From a virus (lineage: Duplodnaviria; Caudoviricetes): DNA of 64,000 nucleotides. Positions 1-12,299 of the stretch are shown here, piece after piece. The stretch spans positions 1 through 64,000 of the IMG/VR virus record IMGVR_UViG_3300031867_000022; one strand, written 5' to 3'. Both the position numbers and the translations under genes were made by a program. The notes beneath the pieces were generated by a model that saw only the letters and a list, made by a program, of their open reading frames with translations, ran no database searches and had not been told where the DNA came from. The stretch's first letter is position 1. Every line of letters begins with the position of its first letter.

Positions 1-1174
1 TGTTTAATGCTCCCTCTATATCTCCTGTTGTAGCAGCATAATCAGATAAACCGAACTTGTTGCTTATTACAAAATCACTAGGCCTGAGGGCAGCTAGTTT
101 AGTATCTTTATTGTTGGGTGTACCTGGTACTCTTGATACATACCCATCTTCAAAATTTCCTATGAGTTCTCCATTTGAAACTCTTGCGGTAGCTTTTCTG
201 CTTACTGGTCCAAATGCACTGTATACAGGGCGTTTACCGTATGCAGCTCCTACAGTTCCGTCACTTCCTCTACCGTAGAAAGAATTATATACATCTAGAT
301 CATATGCATCGGATCTGCGTTGTCTATTTCCCATAGAAGATACATCATTTGTAAGTTTTGCTTGTGCTAACATTTCATCTTCGTTGTCTCCAAATCCAAG
401 AAGACCAGCGCCAAGACCAAGAAGTCCTCCAACACCTGCGCCAATTGCAGTACCTAAAATAGGTACACTAGATCCGGCTAATGCTCCTATCGTAGCACCA
501 GCGGCTGCGCCTGTACCGATCGCTGTCGCACCAAAGTTGAATTGTTTACTCTTAGTATTTGCTCTTTCATATTCGAGTTCAGCCGCTGTATCAACTCCAC
601 CTTTTTCTACATACTAATTACCTCCGGCTGTAGTATACGTATTAGTAGTAAGTGTATTTCGCATATCAGCTGCCGTTCTATGAGTACCAGCGTTAGCTAT
701 CTAGAATCCCATATCGGTAAGACCGTACAATGTTCCCAATGCTCCAACAACAGTACCAGCGACTCCAGCAGCACTACTCGCGGCACCGCTACTAGCACTT
801 CCCGCCGCGTTTCCGGCAGAAGTTGCTGCATTTGCTCCAGACGCAGTTCCAGGTAATGCGTCAGGTAAAAATTGTGTAACAGCATCTCCAGCCCTCTTTG
901 CAGCAGATCTTGCAACAGACGATCCGATAGTACCTGCGACACCACCGGCACTATTCTAAAGCATCTATAATGCTGGATGTGAGTATTGTGTTAATTTACC
1001 TAAAGCTCCAGGAACAATATTCTACTGCATTGCTCTTACTTCCGGAGTTATATCTTCACCTCTCACACTAGTAAACTAGCCAGTGCCAATTCCATAGTTA
1101 GGCTAATAGCCAAGACTCGTTGGTTTTCTTGTACCGAGCCAAAATCTAGGTAGTTTCTTTTTATTCTTTTTCAT
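1..1174 (-). CDS. Virion cargo/ejection protein with Gly/Ala-rich glycine-zipper membrane segments (runs off window; TAG=Gln)
   Basis: ATG at 1174, MKKNKKKLPRFWLG...; frame open to the window edge if TAG is read through; GATAIGTGAAAGATIGALAG...GAGVGGLLGLGAGLLG; follows the muzzle gene, where crAss cargo proteins lie. Confidence 0.7.
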
Positions 1175-1175
1175 A

Positions 1176-4100
1176 TCAACTAAACGATTGTCTGAACTTA
1201 GTTATCATGTGAGATATAGTAAAGTACTCAGACGGATTATTATTCTTTATACCAACCTTCATCCATTTGCCACGTATTCTATTTCCATACGGCATGTTTT
1301 TATATCTTGGTACATTGTATATTATATTACCCTCTCTGTCTGTAAACGGTTCCATAGATACATCAAATGGTTTATTAATTAGATCTGTTTCAAACGAAAG
1401 TACTGTATCTGAAAGTATGTGCTTATAAGTCTTAAATCTATCCCTCTTTATAGGAACAAGCTACTAAGAATCGTATACCTTTGTTACAGATGCAGAAGGA
1501 TTTACTATAAACTCTAACATAAGAGGAGATAAATACTTCATATCTCCATACTATAAATAGTTATGTTTTGTTATATGTAAAATTTTATCTTCTATCTATA
1601 AACCGTATATATGATTCTTTATATATGCTATATCGTCATACTTTCTTGTATATATAGAAGTGGCTATATTATATTTCAAATTAAATACAATTTGATCGTC
1701 TCCAAAGCATTTACATAACAATTCATTGTTCTATAAATCATAATCGACTTTAGGTACGTCTGTTGTAATTCTATCGTTGATTATATTCTAAACACCAACC
1801 TATTCTCCATAGTTTGCAACTTGATTGCCATTTGTACCTACAACAGCTTTATTGTTTATGTCAACCCAATATATACCATTCTCAACACTAATTGCACAGA
1901 AATCATATAACCTCATTCCGTATTTAGTACTTAAATAATCGTATCTAGAGAGAATGCCGGCTTGACCAAGCATGATCGTATTGTTGTTCTAATCATTAAC
2001 AAGAGAACGTTCGTTTACACTAAACTTACCAAAAGCATGATCCTACCAGTAATACAACATATTTTTATCAGTAAGCATGTTTGTTATCTGTCCGTACTTG
2101 CTATCTACATCAATAAACGCGGCAGGTTTAAAAATTAAGAAATTGTCTATAAATTCTCCATTAGATTTTAATTCAGAATAATAAGCACGTTGTTTAAAGT
2201 TATTTGTTTCGTTTTCGTCAGTACTTATTAGAGTAAATATGTCATTGGAAGAATCATTGTCAGAGTATATCATGTTGTACTGATGTACAGGGCGTTCTTG
2301 TGTGGTAACACCGTCAATAGAACCTGGTTCATATAATAGATTTTCGCTCTACGTATTTATAAGATTCATACCGTAGTCGAAGAATGTATTTACTTTAGAT
2401 TCAAGAGGTACATAATTTGTAATCTAAGTAGACTAAAGTGTATCGACAGATTCAAAATTATACGTCTTGTACATTGTAGTAAACTCGTGAGGAGTAATAT
2501 AAATATCGCCATCAAATACAGTAAGATAATCTTTATCATCTTCTGTAACAAGTCTACCGTTTTCAACCTTTAAGTTGAAATAATTTCCAAAGCCAAAATA
2601 CTACTCATATTCTTCAGATTTTATATCTGCAGTTTTTGGTGTGTGTTGAATATTACAAATAGATGTATATAACTTGTTTTCGTACATTGGAAAAACAGAT
2701 GGTTCATCTTTAGTCGTAAGCAGGAAACAAGATGGCCCAGGACCAATAGGTCCTTTTCTTAACTTCATGTCATAATAATCATGCTCTAGCCACCACACAT
2801 AACTTTCAGACGTTCCTAAGAATTCCTAAACTTCTGCACTTCCATTATCGCCAAGATTTATGTTTGGAGCAGACGCAATTCCAGGTCTAAAATCATACTT
2901 TCCAAAAGATACCCAATTGTTATAAACAAAAGAATCTATGTTTGTAGTATAACTTCTGTATTTTTTTATACCGTCGAATACATTTTGATCAGAATCTCTA
3001 TTTATATTAGTAAACCCATCGTTCCATTGAGCCATTTTAACATCTTTTATGGCGTTTACTTTATGTTTTCCAAAATTAGAATGATCTGAAGTACTAGTAG
3101 TAAAGAAATTGTATATGTAATGGTTTGCCTGTTTTTGTTCAATTGTATCTTTATTTAATAGAGCTCTATCTATTACAACTCCTTCTTGCGAAGATACTTC
3201 TGCTTCATCAAAAATGGTTTTGTTGTACGATTCGTCTTTACTATTATTTGAATATTTTGCTAGAGTAGAAGATACGTATAATTTTTCTGATATATCTGCA
3301 TCAGATACATTCAATCTAGATAATACATCATCTCTTCTAAAATCAATCTCTTGTGAAAATATTTGATACAATTTACGCTCTTTTGTTCTTGCGTGCAATG
3401 CGTATTGAGCAGCTACTGGTATTACATACGTTAACCCACTACTAAAAGCATCACCTCTGTCTGGATGCGCATATGCATCATAATAATACGAAGGTTTGAT
3501 TACCATGTCGTTTACCTGCATAAATCCAGTTGGATAGAATGGAGATTTTTTTATAGTTTCTTCAGTAGTAGTATTCCATTGATCTCCGGTAACATTTAAA
3601 TCAAGCAATCCTTGTTGTATAGGTCTTGCCAACGCAACTTGTAACAATGTTTTCTAATAAACATCCGAAGAAGATCTTCTTACAATCTAACATCCTATTA
3701 TGTCTTCTGCGTTTGATATTTGAGGAATCTTGATGTCTACTCCAATAGGATGAGCTAATAATTTATCTGTACAAGTGAACGGTCTAGATTCGTCATAATC
3801 TGGAGTTTCTATTTCTCCTAGATTTGCTACATCAGTACGTCTTCCGTATTTATCATAAAATACAATAGCATATTTGTACGTTTCACCTCTACGTAAAGAT
3901 CTAAGTAGACTGGAAGTAATTATATTGTTGTACGATGCTGTTACATCCTACGGGTTTATTCCTCGCTGTTTAAGATAGTCTGTAACTGTGGTAGTAACGC
4001 CAGAAGTAGCTTTACTATGTTCTATAGTATTATATCGCTGCGAGTATTTAGTATTGCCTGGATTTGGTATATCTCCAGATATCTTTTCAGATAGAACAAC

Positions 4101-5231
4101 AGTAGTTTTTGCTATACTTATTCTATCCGTATCTTCATAATATGAATCTGGGATCTTTGAATCTCTTATAATAGTATCGTCTTTAACGTTAGCACAAAAC
4201 ATGTATTCTTGGTTTTGCTCTATAGTTTTTGGTATAAGTATTATACCAGACATCGCAGAGAACTCTTCTATAGAAAGCTCTTGTATAGGATCTATACCTA
4301 TATCGTTTAATACAAATTTTTTACCAATTTGAGGTTTCTTAATTTCACCATCGTATATTAATGCAACATGAGCATCTTCTCCAGGTTTTATATATTGAAG
4401 TCTATAAACCTGTAAACGCTCATAATGACCAATATATTTTTTAACATCTACAGAAAGTATAAAACCAATTGATGTTTCTGTATCTTCTGCGTTACCTATT
4501 TCTTTAGATCTAGAAGAATCTATTACTTGTATTTTATTAGTGAGCGGAGCAAGTTGTGTAGTATTACCATATTTATTATAATATCTATAAGTATACTATA
4601 CCTGCGAGGTAATGAGTCTACCGGAAGTAATACCTTCTATATATATTCTTTCTGTAGGAACTACTCTATTGCTAATAAAGTCGTCTACTGTAGTATTACT
4701 TGTTATATTCTTAATACCTTCGTCGTCTATTCTTATACTCATTACAGGGTGTGTACCTGTTGCGATATATAACTTTATTACATTATCTAGTTCTTTATAT
4801 AATACAGTAGATACCTAATCCGGTACATTGGTTGCGTCCCATATCACAGAAGACCATAATAAACGAAGTTCTTTTAGTTCGTTTTCGCTCTCATCTATTA
4901 TAAATCGATATATGTTTATATCTCCACTGCCTTCAGTATTACAAACAATAACTCCAATATTGTCTACTGTTTTTACTGATAATATCTTCTTCCCTTCAAA
5001 CGAAGGTTCGTTTAATAAAATATCTACAACATCCGCTCCTTGGACTACTGGAGTTACAATACCCTCGTGCAAGGAAGAATAATCCCCAGATCCGCCTAGA
5101 AGCTAGTTTTTTGTTATTCTGATATTCTAACCAAATACATATTGCTGATTTTCTATTTGGTCGTATGAAGTATCAGAATTCATTCCTTTTCCAAAAGAAT
5201 TTATCTGTGAATTATTCTCATTAATAACCAT
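1176..5231 (-). CDS. Tail muzzle / tail stabilisation protein (~1351 aa; TAG=Gln)
   Basis: Track ORFs 4815-5072, 3948-4253, 2826-3647, 2601-2798 and 2043-2273 share one frame and are separated by TAG; starts MVINENNSQINSFGKGMNSD, ends TKFRQSFS-TGA; size and position fit the crAss muzzle. Confidence 0.85.
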
Positions 5232-6105
5232 AGTAGTAGTCGTTATAAGTCAACTGTTCTTTATTTATGTGTTTAAAGAATGTATCATCACCATCCCAAT
5301 CTGGGATAAGCTTATTCCAATCATTCTTTATGTTTTGCATATCATCTGCAGTAGGCATCATAGCTTCTGCATAAGCTTGATTACGATAGAAGTTCCACTG
5401 TGACTGTGTATAGAAGTAAGTCTGTTGTGCATACTTCTGTGAATACTTAGAACTACCTGTAGTAAGTTTACCTGACATAAACTTAGGGAATGTAAGCTTC
5501 ATTACTACATACCAATATACAGCTTCTTGATAAGAAGTAAGATCTGGTATTAGAGGATAACCTCTTTCATCTACTGCAATTGCTTTATATGCAAGCTTAA
5601 TAAATCCATGCTTCTGATTTGTTACAATCCAACCAGGCTTGATGAAGTATTCAGGCTTGTTTACATTGCCGTCTATAAACCTCTTTGTATACTTCATGAA
5701 GTTGTTTGTATACAACTGTGATTGTGAAGTAGGAAGTTTATACATCATGGGTTGATGTGTAGGCGGTGGAATTAGCATAGGATGAGGCTTTCTCTTATCT
5801 TTAAAGACTCTAGTCATTGTGCTCATTGGGATCCAAGGACCTTCTGGACTCTCTGAATATGCCACAGCATCCAATACCTACAGATCAGAAGGAATGGGAA
5901 CTTGATAATCCTATATCTTCAATACAGGGGGATCTTCTGCTGATCCTAATTCCCTGCTGATATACTACATAGGGGCACCAATCTTATCAATGGCTTCAAA
6001 TATCCACTCTCGTATATCTGATGTACGCTATCTAACTTCTGTGGAATCTAAATCAGCCATGATCTTTGCTATGACTGATTCACACTTTGTATAATTGTAT
6101 ATCAT
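5221..6105 (-). CDS. Tail ring / tubular protein (P22 gp4-like; 294 aa; TAG=Gln)
   Basis: MIYNYTKCESVIAKIMADLD...; extends ORF 5221-5874 across in-frame TAGs; YKAIAVDERGYPLIPD motif; just upstream of the muzzle. Confidence 0.75.
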
Positions 6106-6523
6106 TTATGTCTATATAATCGTGTTTGTTGAATATCAATTGAGCTAATCTACGTTTATTCTGTCTTACTAGGTTTAGTTGGTACTTATACCTATCTGGG
6201 AACGTCTTAGGTAACTTAGACCAGTATAGTCTATATTTATACCCATCAGAGTGTTCGTTCAAGTGATATATACGCTTATCGTATTCTTTACTTGCTTTAT
6301 AATCTACAGATAGGGATTGCCCTGTCATCGTTTTAGGTCTATACTTCCCAACTTGAATAAAACCTAGCCCATAAGGCATTTTAAAGCCTTCTGAGCGCTC
6401 AAATACATATTCTAGAATAACTTTACACATCTCGTCTAAAATGCGCTTATAGAGGCTGTAATCGACCTCTACGGGCATTGTACGATACATGTCTCGGAAT
6501 GTTGTTGATTGTTTACTTCTCAT
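6080..6523 (-). CDS. IHF/HU-like protein of the crAss tail module
   Basis: FKMPYGLGFIQVGK beta-arm pattern; position between ring genes. Confidence 0.7.
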   Translation of the reverse strand: MRSKQSTTFRDMYRTMPVEVDYSLYKRILDEMCKVILEYVFERSEGFKMPYGLGFIQVGKYRPKTMTGQSLSVDYKASKEYDKRIYHLNEHSDGYKYRLYWSKLPKTFPDRYKYQLNLVRQNKRRLAQLIFNKHDYIDINDIQLYKV

Positions 6524-7256
6524 CCTCTCTTGGACCGTCTGGCTTTATTCCATCCAGCGTTGCGTTATTACTATCGTCGCTAGGTCTATTAAGCATAAAT
6601 GCAAGCTCATTGTTCATTATGAGCTTCTTGATGTCTGGGACCATCCATGTAGGAATCTTTATATCATCCTCATCTGGATCCTCTGCATCGTCTTCGTCTG
6701 AATTATCCTCAGGTTTCTCATATACTGCCAGAACATATATATGGTCAAGGAGACCTTGGTCTTGCAAGCCTTGAACATATACGTGTTTGTCATCCATATA
6801 GTAGGCAGTAAGTTCACCAAATGTGTACTTTCTATAGTACTGGTAATGTCTACGTATATGGTTCATATACTAAATGTTCTCGCCGGCTTCATCATGTACA
6901 GCGAGAATACTAGTCCATCTGTTATTGAATATATTCTCAAGAGTGTCTACTGTTCTCTTAGTGAAAGAATCCCTACCAGGATCATTAGAATCGACCTTTT
7001 CAAGCTCGTGGTACGTTTCTTTTAACTCAAGGTATTCATTGTCCACAAGGTCTTCTAAAGCGGCTCCTAGAAGCTCTTTTTCCTTAAGTTCGTCAAGGTG
7101 CTTCTTCCATAGCATTCTACGGTAATGATCTACCCAAGCTGCTATATGAGCTCTAGAGAAGTCTTCACTCTCGCTTATATTACTATTTCTGGCTATGAGA
7201 AGTATATCATCTATAATCTCTCTAAGAGATGTTTTAGCTGGTGAAATCTTACTCAT
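6513..7256 (-). CDS. Tail ring protein (247 aa; one TAG at 6870-6872)
   Basis: ORFs 6870-7256 and 6513-6866 fuse in frame across TAG; SLREIIDDILLIARNSNISESEDFSR N-terminus. Confidence 0.75.
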
Positions 7257-7257
7257 A

Positions 7258-7920
7258 TTATTTCTATGTAGATTCGACTATTCTTATGTTGTTACTTTTA
7301 AATAGTTCATTAGTATTATATACAGTATACTTATGTTTATCTATTTTCTTCCAGTCCCAAGTAAATAGTCTTTTAAAAAAGTTCTTTTTGTTTTTATACT
7401 CTCTAATAGTATATATGTACAGATACTGTTCGTTCTATATATCTAAACCTATATTAACAGTATCTCTACCAATAGTATAGTAGACGGTAGTAAGATCATT
7501 ATACTTTAATGAATCAGTATAAGTAGTATCTTTTAGAATAGTTACTAAGTCACCCCCTACCCCCTTACTATCATTAACGTTTAATACCTGAGATTGCGTT
7601 GCAGCTGTTAGAATAGATTTTGATTTAAGCTTTAATCTATCTCTTATACTATCTAGTTTATGCAACGTAATATCGTTCTAATTCTCTAATTCTTTGAGGT
7701 CTAGTCTTAAAACATTATTAGCCTACTAGGAGCTGTCTAACAACCCCTAATAGGCTTCAATGTTGTTCTGAGCCATTTCCAGCTCCTGTGAAAGCTTAAT
7801 ATTATTTTTGTGGGTATTTATACCCCAAAGCAATAAAAACGCAACAGAAGCCACGCAAATGCCTTTAACGACCTTCTTCCAATGGCTTTTCAGCCACAAC
7901 AGTGTCGTCAGTATGTTCAT
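7258..7920 (-). CDS. Membrane-anchored coiled-coil protein, putative spanin-like lysis protein (TAG=Gln)
   Basis: N-terminal hydrophobic helix then coiled coil; ORFs 7747-7932 and 7435-7665 are in frame; overlaps the holin 3' end. Confidence 0.55.
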
Positions 7921-8407
7921 TGTCAAAATCAAGTTCTATTCCGGTGTAGTCTTCTCCTTTTTTCTTCAAGAACTTACCGATTATTCTCCAAGGACCATTT
8001 GGATCAAGAGTATTCAGATTTTCTATAATAGACCAGAATTCTGTTAAAGCTATGATGGCTGTAACACCTCCGGTTAACAAAAATACACCAGTCTCGTCAA
8101 GTACTGCCCATTCTATACCATGTGCCATAGCTATCATGATAAATTCGTGCCATAACTTGGAGATTGTACCAGTCCAGTTCTTTCCGCTTTCTATTTTCCT
8201 ATTTTGTTTCCTAGCCACTTTAAAGCCGTAGATCATATCTACAACAGTTGTGACGAAACAAATACACAACAACCATTTTATAGGGGTTAGATAACTAACC
8301 ACAGCAGAACCTAATCCTATAAAAAACTTTCCTACTGCGCTACCGTCAACTATTGTATCTATCGTAGCGTACATGTGTTGTAATGTATTTGATAAACGCT
8401 GCACCAT
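7865..8407 (-). CDS. Phage holin (holin_4-like)
   Basis: Several TM segments; VVDMIYGF..., TEFWSIIENL motifs. Confidence 0.85.
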   Translation of the reverse strand: MVQRLSNTLQHMYATIDTIVDGSAVGKFFIGLGSAVVSYLTPIKWLLCICFVTTVVDMIYGFKVARKQNRKIESGKNWTGTISKLWHEFIMIAMAHGIEWAVLDETGVFLLTGGVTAIIALTEFWSIIENLNTLDPNGPWRIIGKFLKKKGEDYTGIELDFDNEHTDDTVVAEKPLEEGR

Positions 8408-8421
8408 AGTTGTTAATCATG

Positions 8422-9459
8422 TTAATCGTATGGAGCTTTTATTGTAAGATCAAATTCTCCAAACACATTGCTATCTATATCTCTTACAGTAATAGTGATA
8501 GTTTTAGCTCCTTCTTCCATGTCTGATGTATATAATGTACCATCTTTTCCAATGGTAAGACAATCGTCTTCTGGAAATTCAAATACAACAAATACAAGCT
8601 AATTATATTTCCAGTCCTGCGGATTATACAATATAGTACTGCCATCCTTTAAAGAAACGTATATATCATATTCTCTACCGTTCATATCCTGTTCACCAAT
8701 CTTTAATTGGTTGTTTGTAGTCATTGTATAACTTGGATGTTTAGTATAGATTCCTTCAAATACGTTTTCTCTTTTTCCGCTATTGTCTACATCTATTGTA
8801 ATAGCTCCAGATTCTCCTTTTTCGTTGTCTACAAGCTCAAATACATCTCCTTTATCTATAGTATATGTTCTAAGATTATTACTGCCACAACCCTGTTTAA
8901 ATACAGTAAGAACTACAACAAGCTTATATATACCGCACAGCTTTTGCTATACTGCAGGGAACATACAAGTTATGGTATTCTTTTCATTAAGTAGTTGAGA
9001 GTCAGCAAGATAATATGGATGATGTGGTTTTGCGCAAGAAGGAAAATGTGGTTCGCAATGATGACAGTAATCGTGCCAAGGTTCCCAGCATTCGAAACCA
9101 CAACAAGATGGCTTTGGACGGGGACCGTGTTGTATATGACAACAATGATCGTGGAAATGTTCTGGGTGCAGACCAAATCCTCTATAACCAGGCCACCAAT
9201 GGAAATCATGAAAGTCTGGTTCAAACCTATCATAATTACATAAATTTGCAGGACGCATATGATAGCTTGGGAAACCTGCATTGTTTATGTTGTTATGAGT
9301 AGGACGATAAAACTCAGGAAATCCAACGCGTAAGAACGGCTTAGGACGTGGTTTATCTTCACAGTATTCACAGAAACAAGTGTTAATCAAATAACACCTA
9401 AGCTGTTTTACATTAGACTAATCAAACTCGTCAATTTTGTCGATGCCGTTATTTGCAAG
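8422..9459 (-). CDS. Putative tail hub/fibre-attachment protein with a His/Cys-rich insert (345 aa; TAG=Gln)
   Basis: MRKIRIGNDIRLKLKI start; frame continues through TAG to ...DLTIKAPYD-TAA; follows the auxiliary capsid gene. Confidence 0.55.
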
Positions 9460-9535
9460 TTCATTCTTTACAATTTTGAGTTTGAGTCTAATGTCGTTTC
9501 CTATTCTAATTTTTCTCATATTGCAATATGTTAAT

Positions 9536-9575
9536 AAAAAAGGCTGAAGACGGGCGTAGCCCACCCTCAGCCAGT
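9536..9575 (-). terminator. Rho-independent terminator after the auxiliary capsid gene
   Basis: GGCTGAGGGTGGGC-TAC-GCCCGTCTTCAGCC followed by TTTTT on the minus strand. Confidence 0.75.
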
Positions 9576-9594
9576 TTTATATTTTGTTTTTAAA

Positions 9595-10644
9595 TCAACC
9601 GACGAAAGCGTCGAGAATATCCTTCACATCGCCAAGCTGACCAGTGAGACCATAAATCTCAACAGTCTGCTTTGTCTTGCGCTGGATGTCATCAGCTGCA
9701 CGATACATATTCTCAAACTCAAGAGTAAGAGCATCGTAGTGTGCATTAATGTTAGCCTCCATAGCAGGCTTGATGATAGGCCATGTGCCCTCACCACGGT
9801 TCAGGATACCCAGGTAACCCATAGCCTGAGATTCGCGGTCACGAACGAGCTTAGCTGAAGCTTCGTACTGCTTGCCAGGAACCTTATCAATGGTTACGCC
9901 GTCGGGGAAATGCTTGTTCTTAGACTCCCATCCGTCTGCAGCAGGATCGGTGTAGTAAACATTAGCATTGAAACGAACCTTATTGGCCCAATTGATTGTG
10001 TCATTAGCATCGTCATCGTCGTAAGGCAGAGCTGTCAGGATAACCTTATTTGCCTGAGAAATATCAGCAGATACACGAGCACGCTTCCACTCGAAGTTGA
10101 TCATGTTACCAATATTTTGAGCAATGCTAGCCTTAGTATCGCCTTCCTCCGTAACATACTCATAAGACTCAGTCCACTTGCGGAAGCGAGTAGGCAGATC
10201 CTTAAAAGTAAGACGAACGATGATGCGCTTGCCACCCTCAGAGAACTTGTTCTCAAGCTGAGCATTCAGACCAGAGAAGTCGATAGTAATCGTATCCTCT
10301 GTGTCAGCGGTATACTGAAGTGCGTTGAAACTCTTAATATCAGCAGCCTTAATCTCATTAGACCACTTAATGATAGGACGATACTCAACGCTACCATCCT
10401 GCTTACGAAGAACAGTGTTCTTCTTCGTTACGATACCAACCTTGATCTTGTTGATTTCGCCAGCGTTAGCAGCAGTAACATTGTACAGTTTGTCGGCAGC
10501 GACATCAGGATCGCAGTTCATAAAAATAAACTTGCCAGCATCTTCAGAAATGGCATTCATTGAAGTAGCCTTCCTAGGCTCAGTATTCAGAACAGCACCT
10601 GTAGCAAGATTGCTAACAAGCACAGTATTTACGTATGTAATCAT
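9595..10644 (-). CDS. Auxiliary capsid protein (by synteny; 349 aa, TAG-free)
   Basis: Intact ORF with MCP-like codon usage and its own terminator; lies after the ring genes. Confidence 0.65.
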   Translation of the reverse strand: MITYVNTVLVSNLATGAVLNTEPRKATSMNAISEDAGKFIFMNCDPDVAADKLYNVTAANAGEINKIKVGIVTKKNTVLRKQDGSVEYRPIIKWSNEIKAADIKSFNALQYTADTEDTITIDFSGLNAQLENKFSEGGKRIIVRLTFKDLPTRFRKWTESYEYVTEEGDTKASIAQNIGNMINFEWKRARVSADISQANKVILTALPYDDDDANDTINWANKVRFNANVYYTDPAADGWESKNKHFPDGVTIDKVPGKQYEASAKLVRDRESQAMGYLGILNRGEGTWPIIKPAMEANINAHYDALTLEFENMYRAADDIQRKTKQTVEIYGLTGQLGDVKDILDAFVG

Positions 10645-10720
10645 ATTATTAAATTAATTTTTTCTACTCCCCCTATATTTCTATGTCTAGACCTAACTAG
10701 CTGGGGTTTCCACGTTAAAA

Positions 10721-11407
10721 TTATTCTTGTGTTAATACTTCGTTGGTTATAGTTTTATATCTAGCATCAGATTGATTTTCTATATACATCTGAGCTGCTA
10801 TCTTAATTATTTCCAACCAAGTGTAATCTTCAAAGTCGACGTAATCGTGATTGATATCGTCGTCTTTAACTTCTTCCGGCACTTTAAGGTAACCTAAAGT
10901 GTAGGAGTATATATTATAGTTAGTATCCGTCAACAGACGAAATCCTTCCTTAGTTCTAACTCTAAGAGGTCTTGCTCTATGGTATTTGTAATGAAAGTCA
11001 GTAAGAGAGTTATTAACTCTGTACATAAAACTATCTGCTGTACATTCAAATACACAAGTATCCATCATATGCTTATTATTGTTGTCTGATATAACAACAT
11101 CTTCGTTTAGTACAAACATCATATCCGTAGGGTATTTGTACTCGTAAGAATCATACGACTTGCTAACTTTATAATTGATAGGTCGTAAAGATACTTCCTT
11201 GTGTAAGTTAATTAAATCTCTTGCTCGCTTTTCAGTTTCTTCATAACCAGTTCCTCTTGGAGCAGCACCGTTAAATCTTTCTTTTGTAAACTTAACGACT
11301 GCTTGATTTATCCAGAATAAAGAATCGTCTGTAAGCGGTTTTTCTAATGAGTTGTTGAGCTTATTTATTTCTAGTTCAAATGCCCCGATTAACTGATAGT
11401 TCTTCAT
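10721..11407 (-). CDS. Tail ring protein (228 aa)
   Basis: FELEINK..., GYEETEKRARDLINL, GYLKVP...EIIKIAAQMYIEN; paralogous to neighbouring rings. Confidence 0.8.
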   Translation of the reverse strand: MKNYQLIGAFELEINKLNNSLEKPLTDDSLFWINQAVVKFTKERFNGAAPRGTGYEETEKRARDLINLHKEVSLRPINYKVSKSYDSYEYKYPTDMMFVLNEDVVISDNNNKHMMDTCVFECTADSFMYRVNNSLTDFHYKYHRARPLRVRTKEGFRLLTDTNYNIYSYTLGYLKVPEEVKDDDINHDYVDFEDYTWLEIIKIAAQMYIENQSDARYKTITNEVLTQE

Positions 11408-12120
11408 TCTTGTTCATTCTTTTGGTTATTGCGCTGCTGTTGCGCTTGTTCTTGTTGTCTACGTCTATTAGCTTCTGCTCCAGATACGTATTGTACATAT
11501 AGGTCTACAGCACCCGATACAAGCTGCTCAAACATCTCCATAGGTAGTTCACATCTAGTAGATGTAAGAGGGTTCATATAGTTTGGTAACTTATAATATT
11601 CAAGCTGTATATTTACAGGCTCTGTATAACGATCATAGAGCGCTCCTAAGCCGTTTTCATCGGCTAGCCATACAATTGGACTCCTGAGGATTCTTAAGCT
11701 GTCCTAGGGCCTAGAAATAAGCTTATTTACATCTTTTACAGATATAAGCTCGTTTGGTATAGTACCAGCACCAGTTTCTCCGTTTAGCCTATACGATGAG
11801 CTAACTTTACTATAGCTTTTAATATACAAACCAAAATTTTGAGGTAGTTCGCATCTACATATAGGTCTAGTAGAAGAAGGAGTAAGCTAAGCTGTTTCCA
11901 TCATACTATTCAACAGAGTCTCTATGTATGTTTCAGCATTAGACGTAGGAATCTAATCTACGGTTCTATATAAATCGTGGATAAGCTTGTCTTGATATTG
12001 ATTCAAGAAAGAGTATATAGTCTCAGAATCAAGTTTCTCAAGTATTTCTTTTTGCGGGATCATCGTTTGAACCCTACGCTCAAACTCAATCCCTAGCTGT
12101 CTCGTTTCTTGTATCGTCAT
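11404..12120 (-). CDS. Tail ring protein (238 aa; TAG=Gln; missing from the ORF track)
   Basis: MTIQETRQLGIEFERRVQ...EYYKLPNYM...CELPMEMFEQLVSGAVDLY; ATGA overlaps at both ends. Confidence 0.8.
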
Positions 12121-12263
12121 GCCTCAAGCCCCCTCGTATTAAGTTTAGTATTAAGTCTCGTAGATTCAACATTTTCAAGTGCAAACGCAATAGCTAAGTT
12201 TATGAGTTCTTCTGCCATCTGATCAGATAACTCAAAGTCTACTGTATCGGAAAATGTTTTCAT
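12117..12263 (-). CDS. Separately encoded C-terminal helix of the split ring protein (48 aa)
   Basis: MKTFSDTVDFELSDQMAEELINLAIAFALENVESTRLNTKLNTRGLEA aligns with the C-termini of the paralogous rings; ATGA-coupled to the next ring gene. Confidence 0.75.
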   Translation of the reverse strand: MKTFSDTVDFELSDQMAEELINLAIAFALENVESTRLNTKLNTRGLEA

Positions 12264-12266
12264 AAT
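12250..12266. repeat. 17-bp direct repeat, copy 1 (GAAAATGTTTTCATAAT)
   Basis: Identical to 15810-15826. Confidence 0.9.
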
Positions 12267-12299
12267 TTATACCATTATATAAGTGCCTGTTGCATCTAC

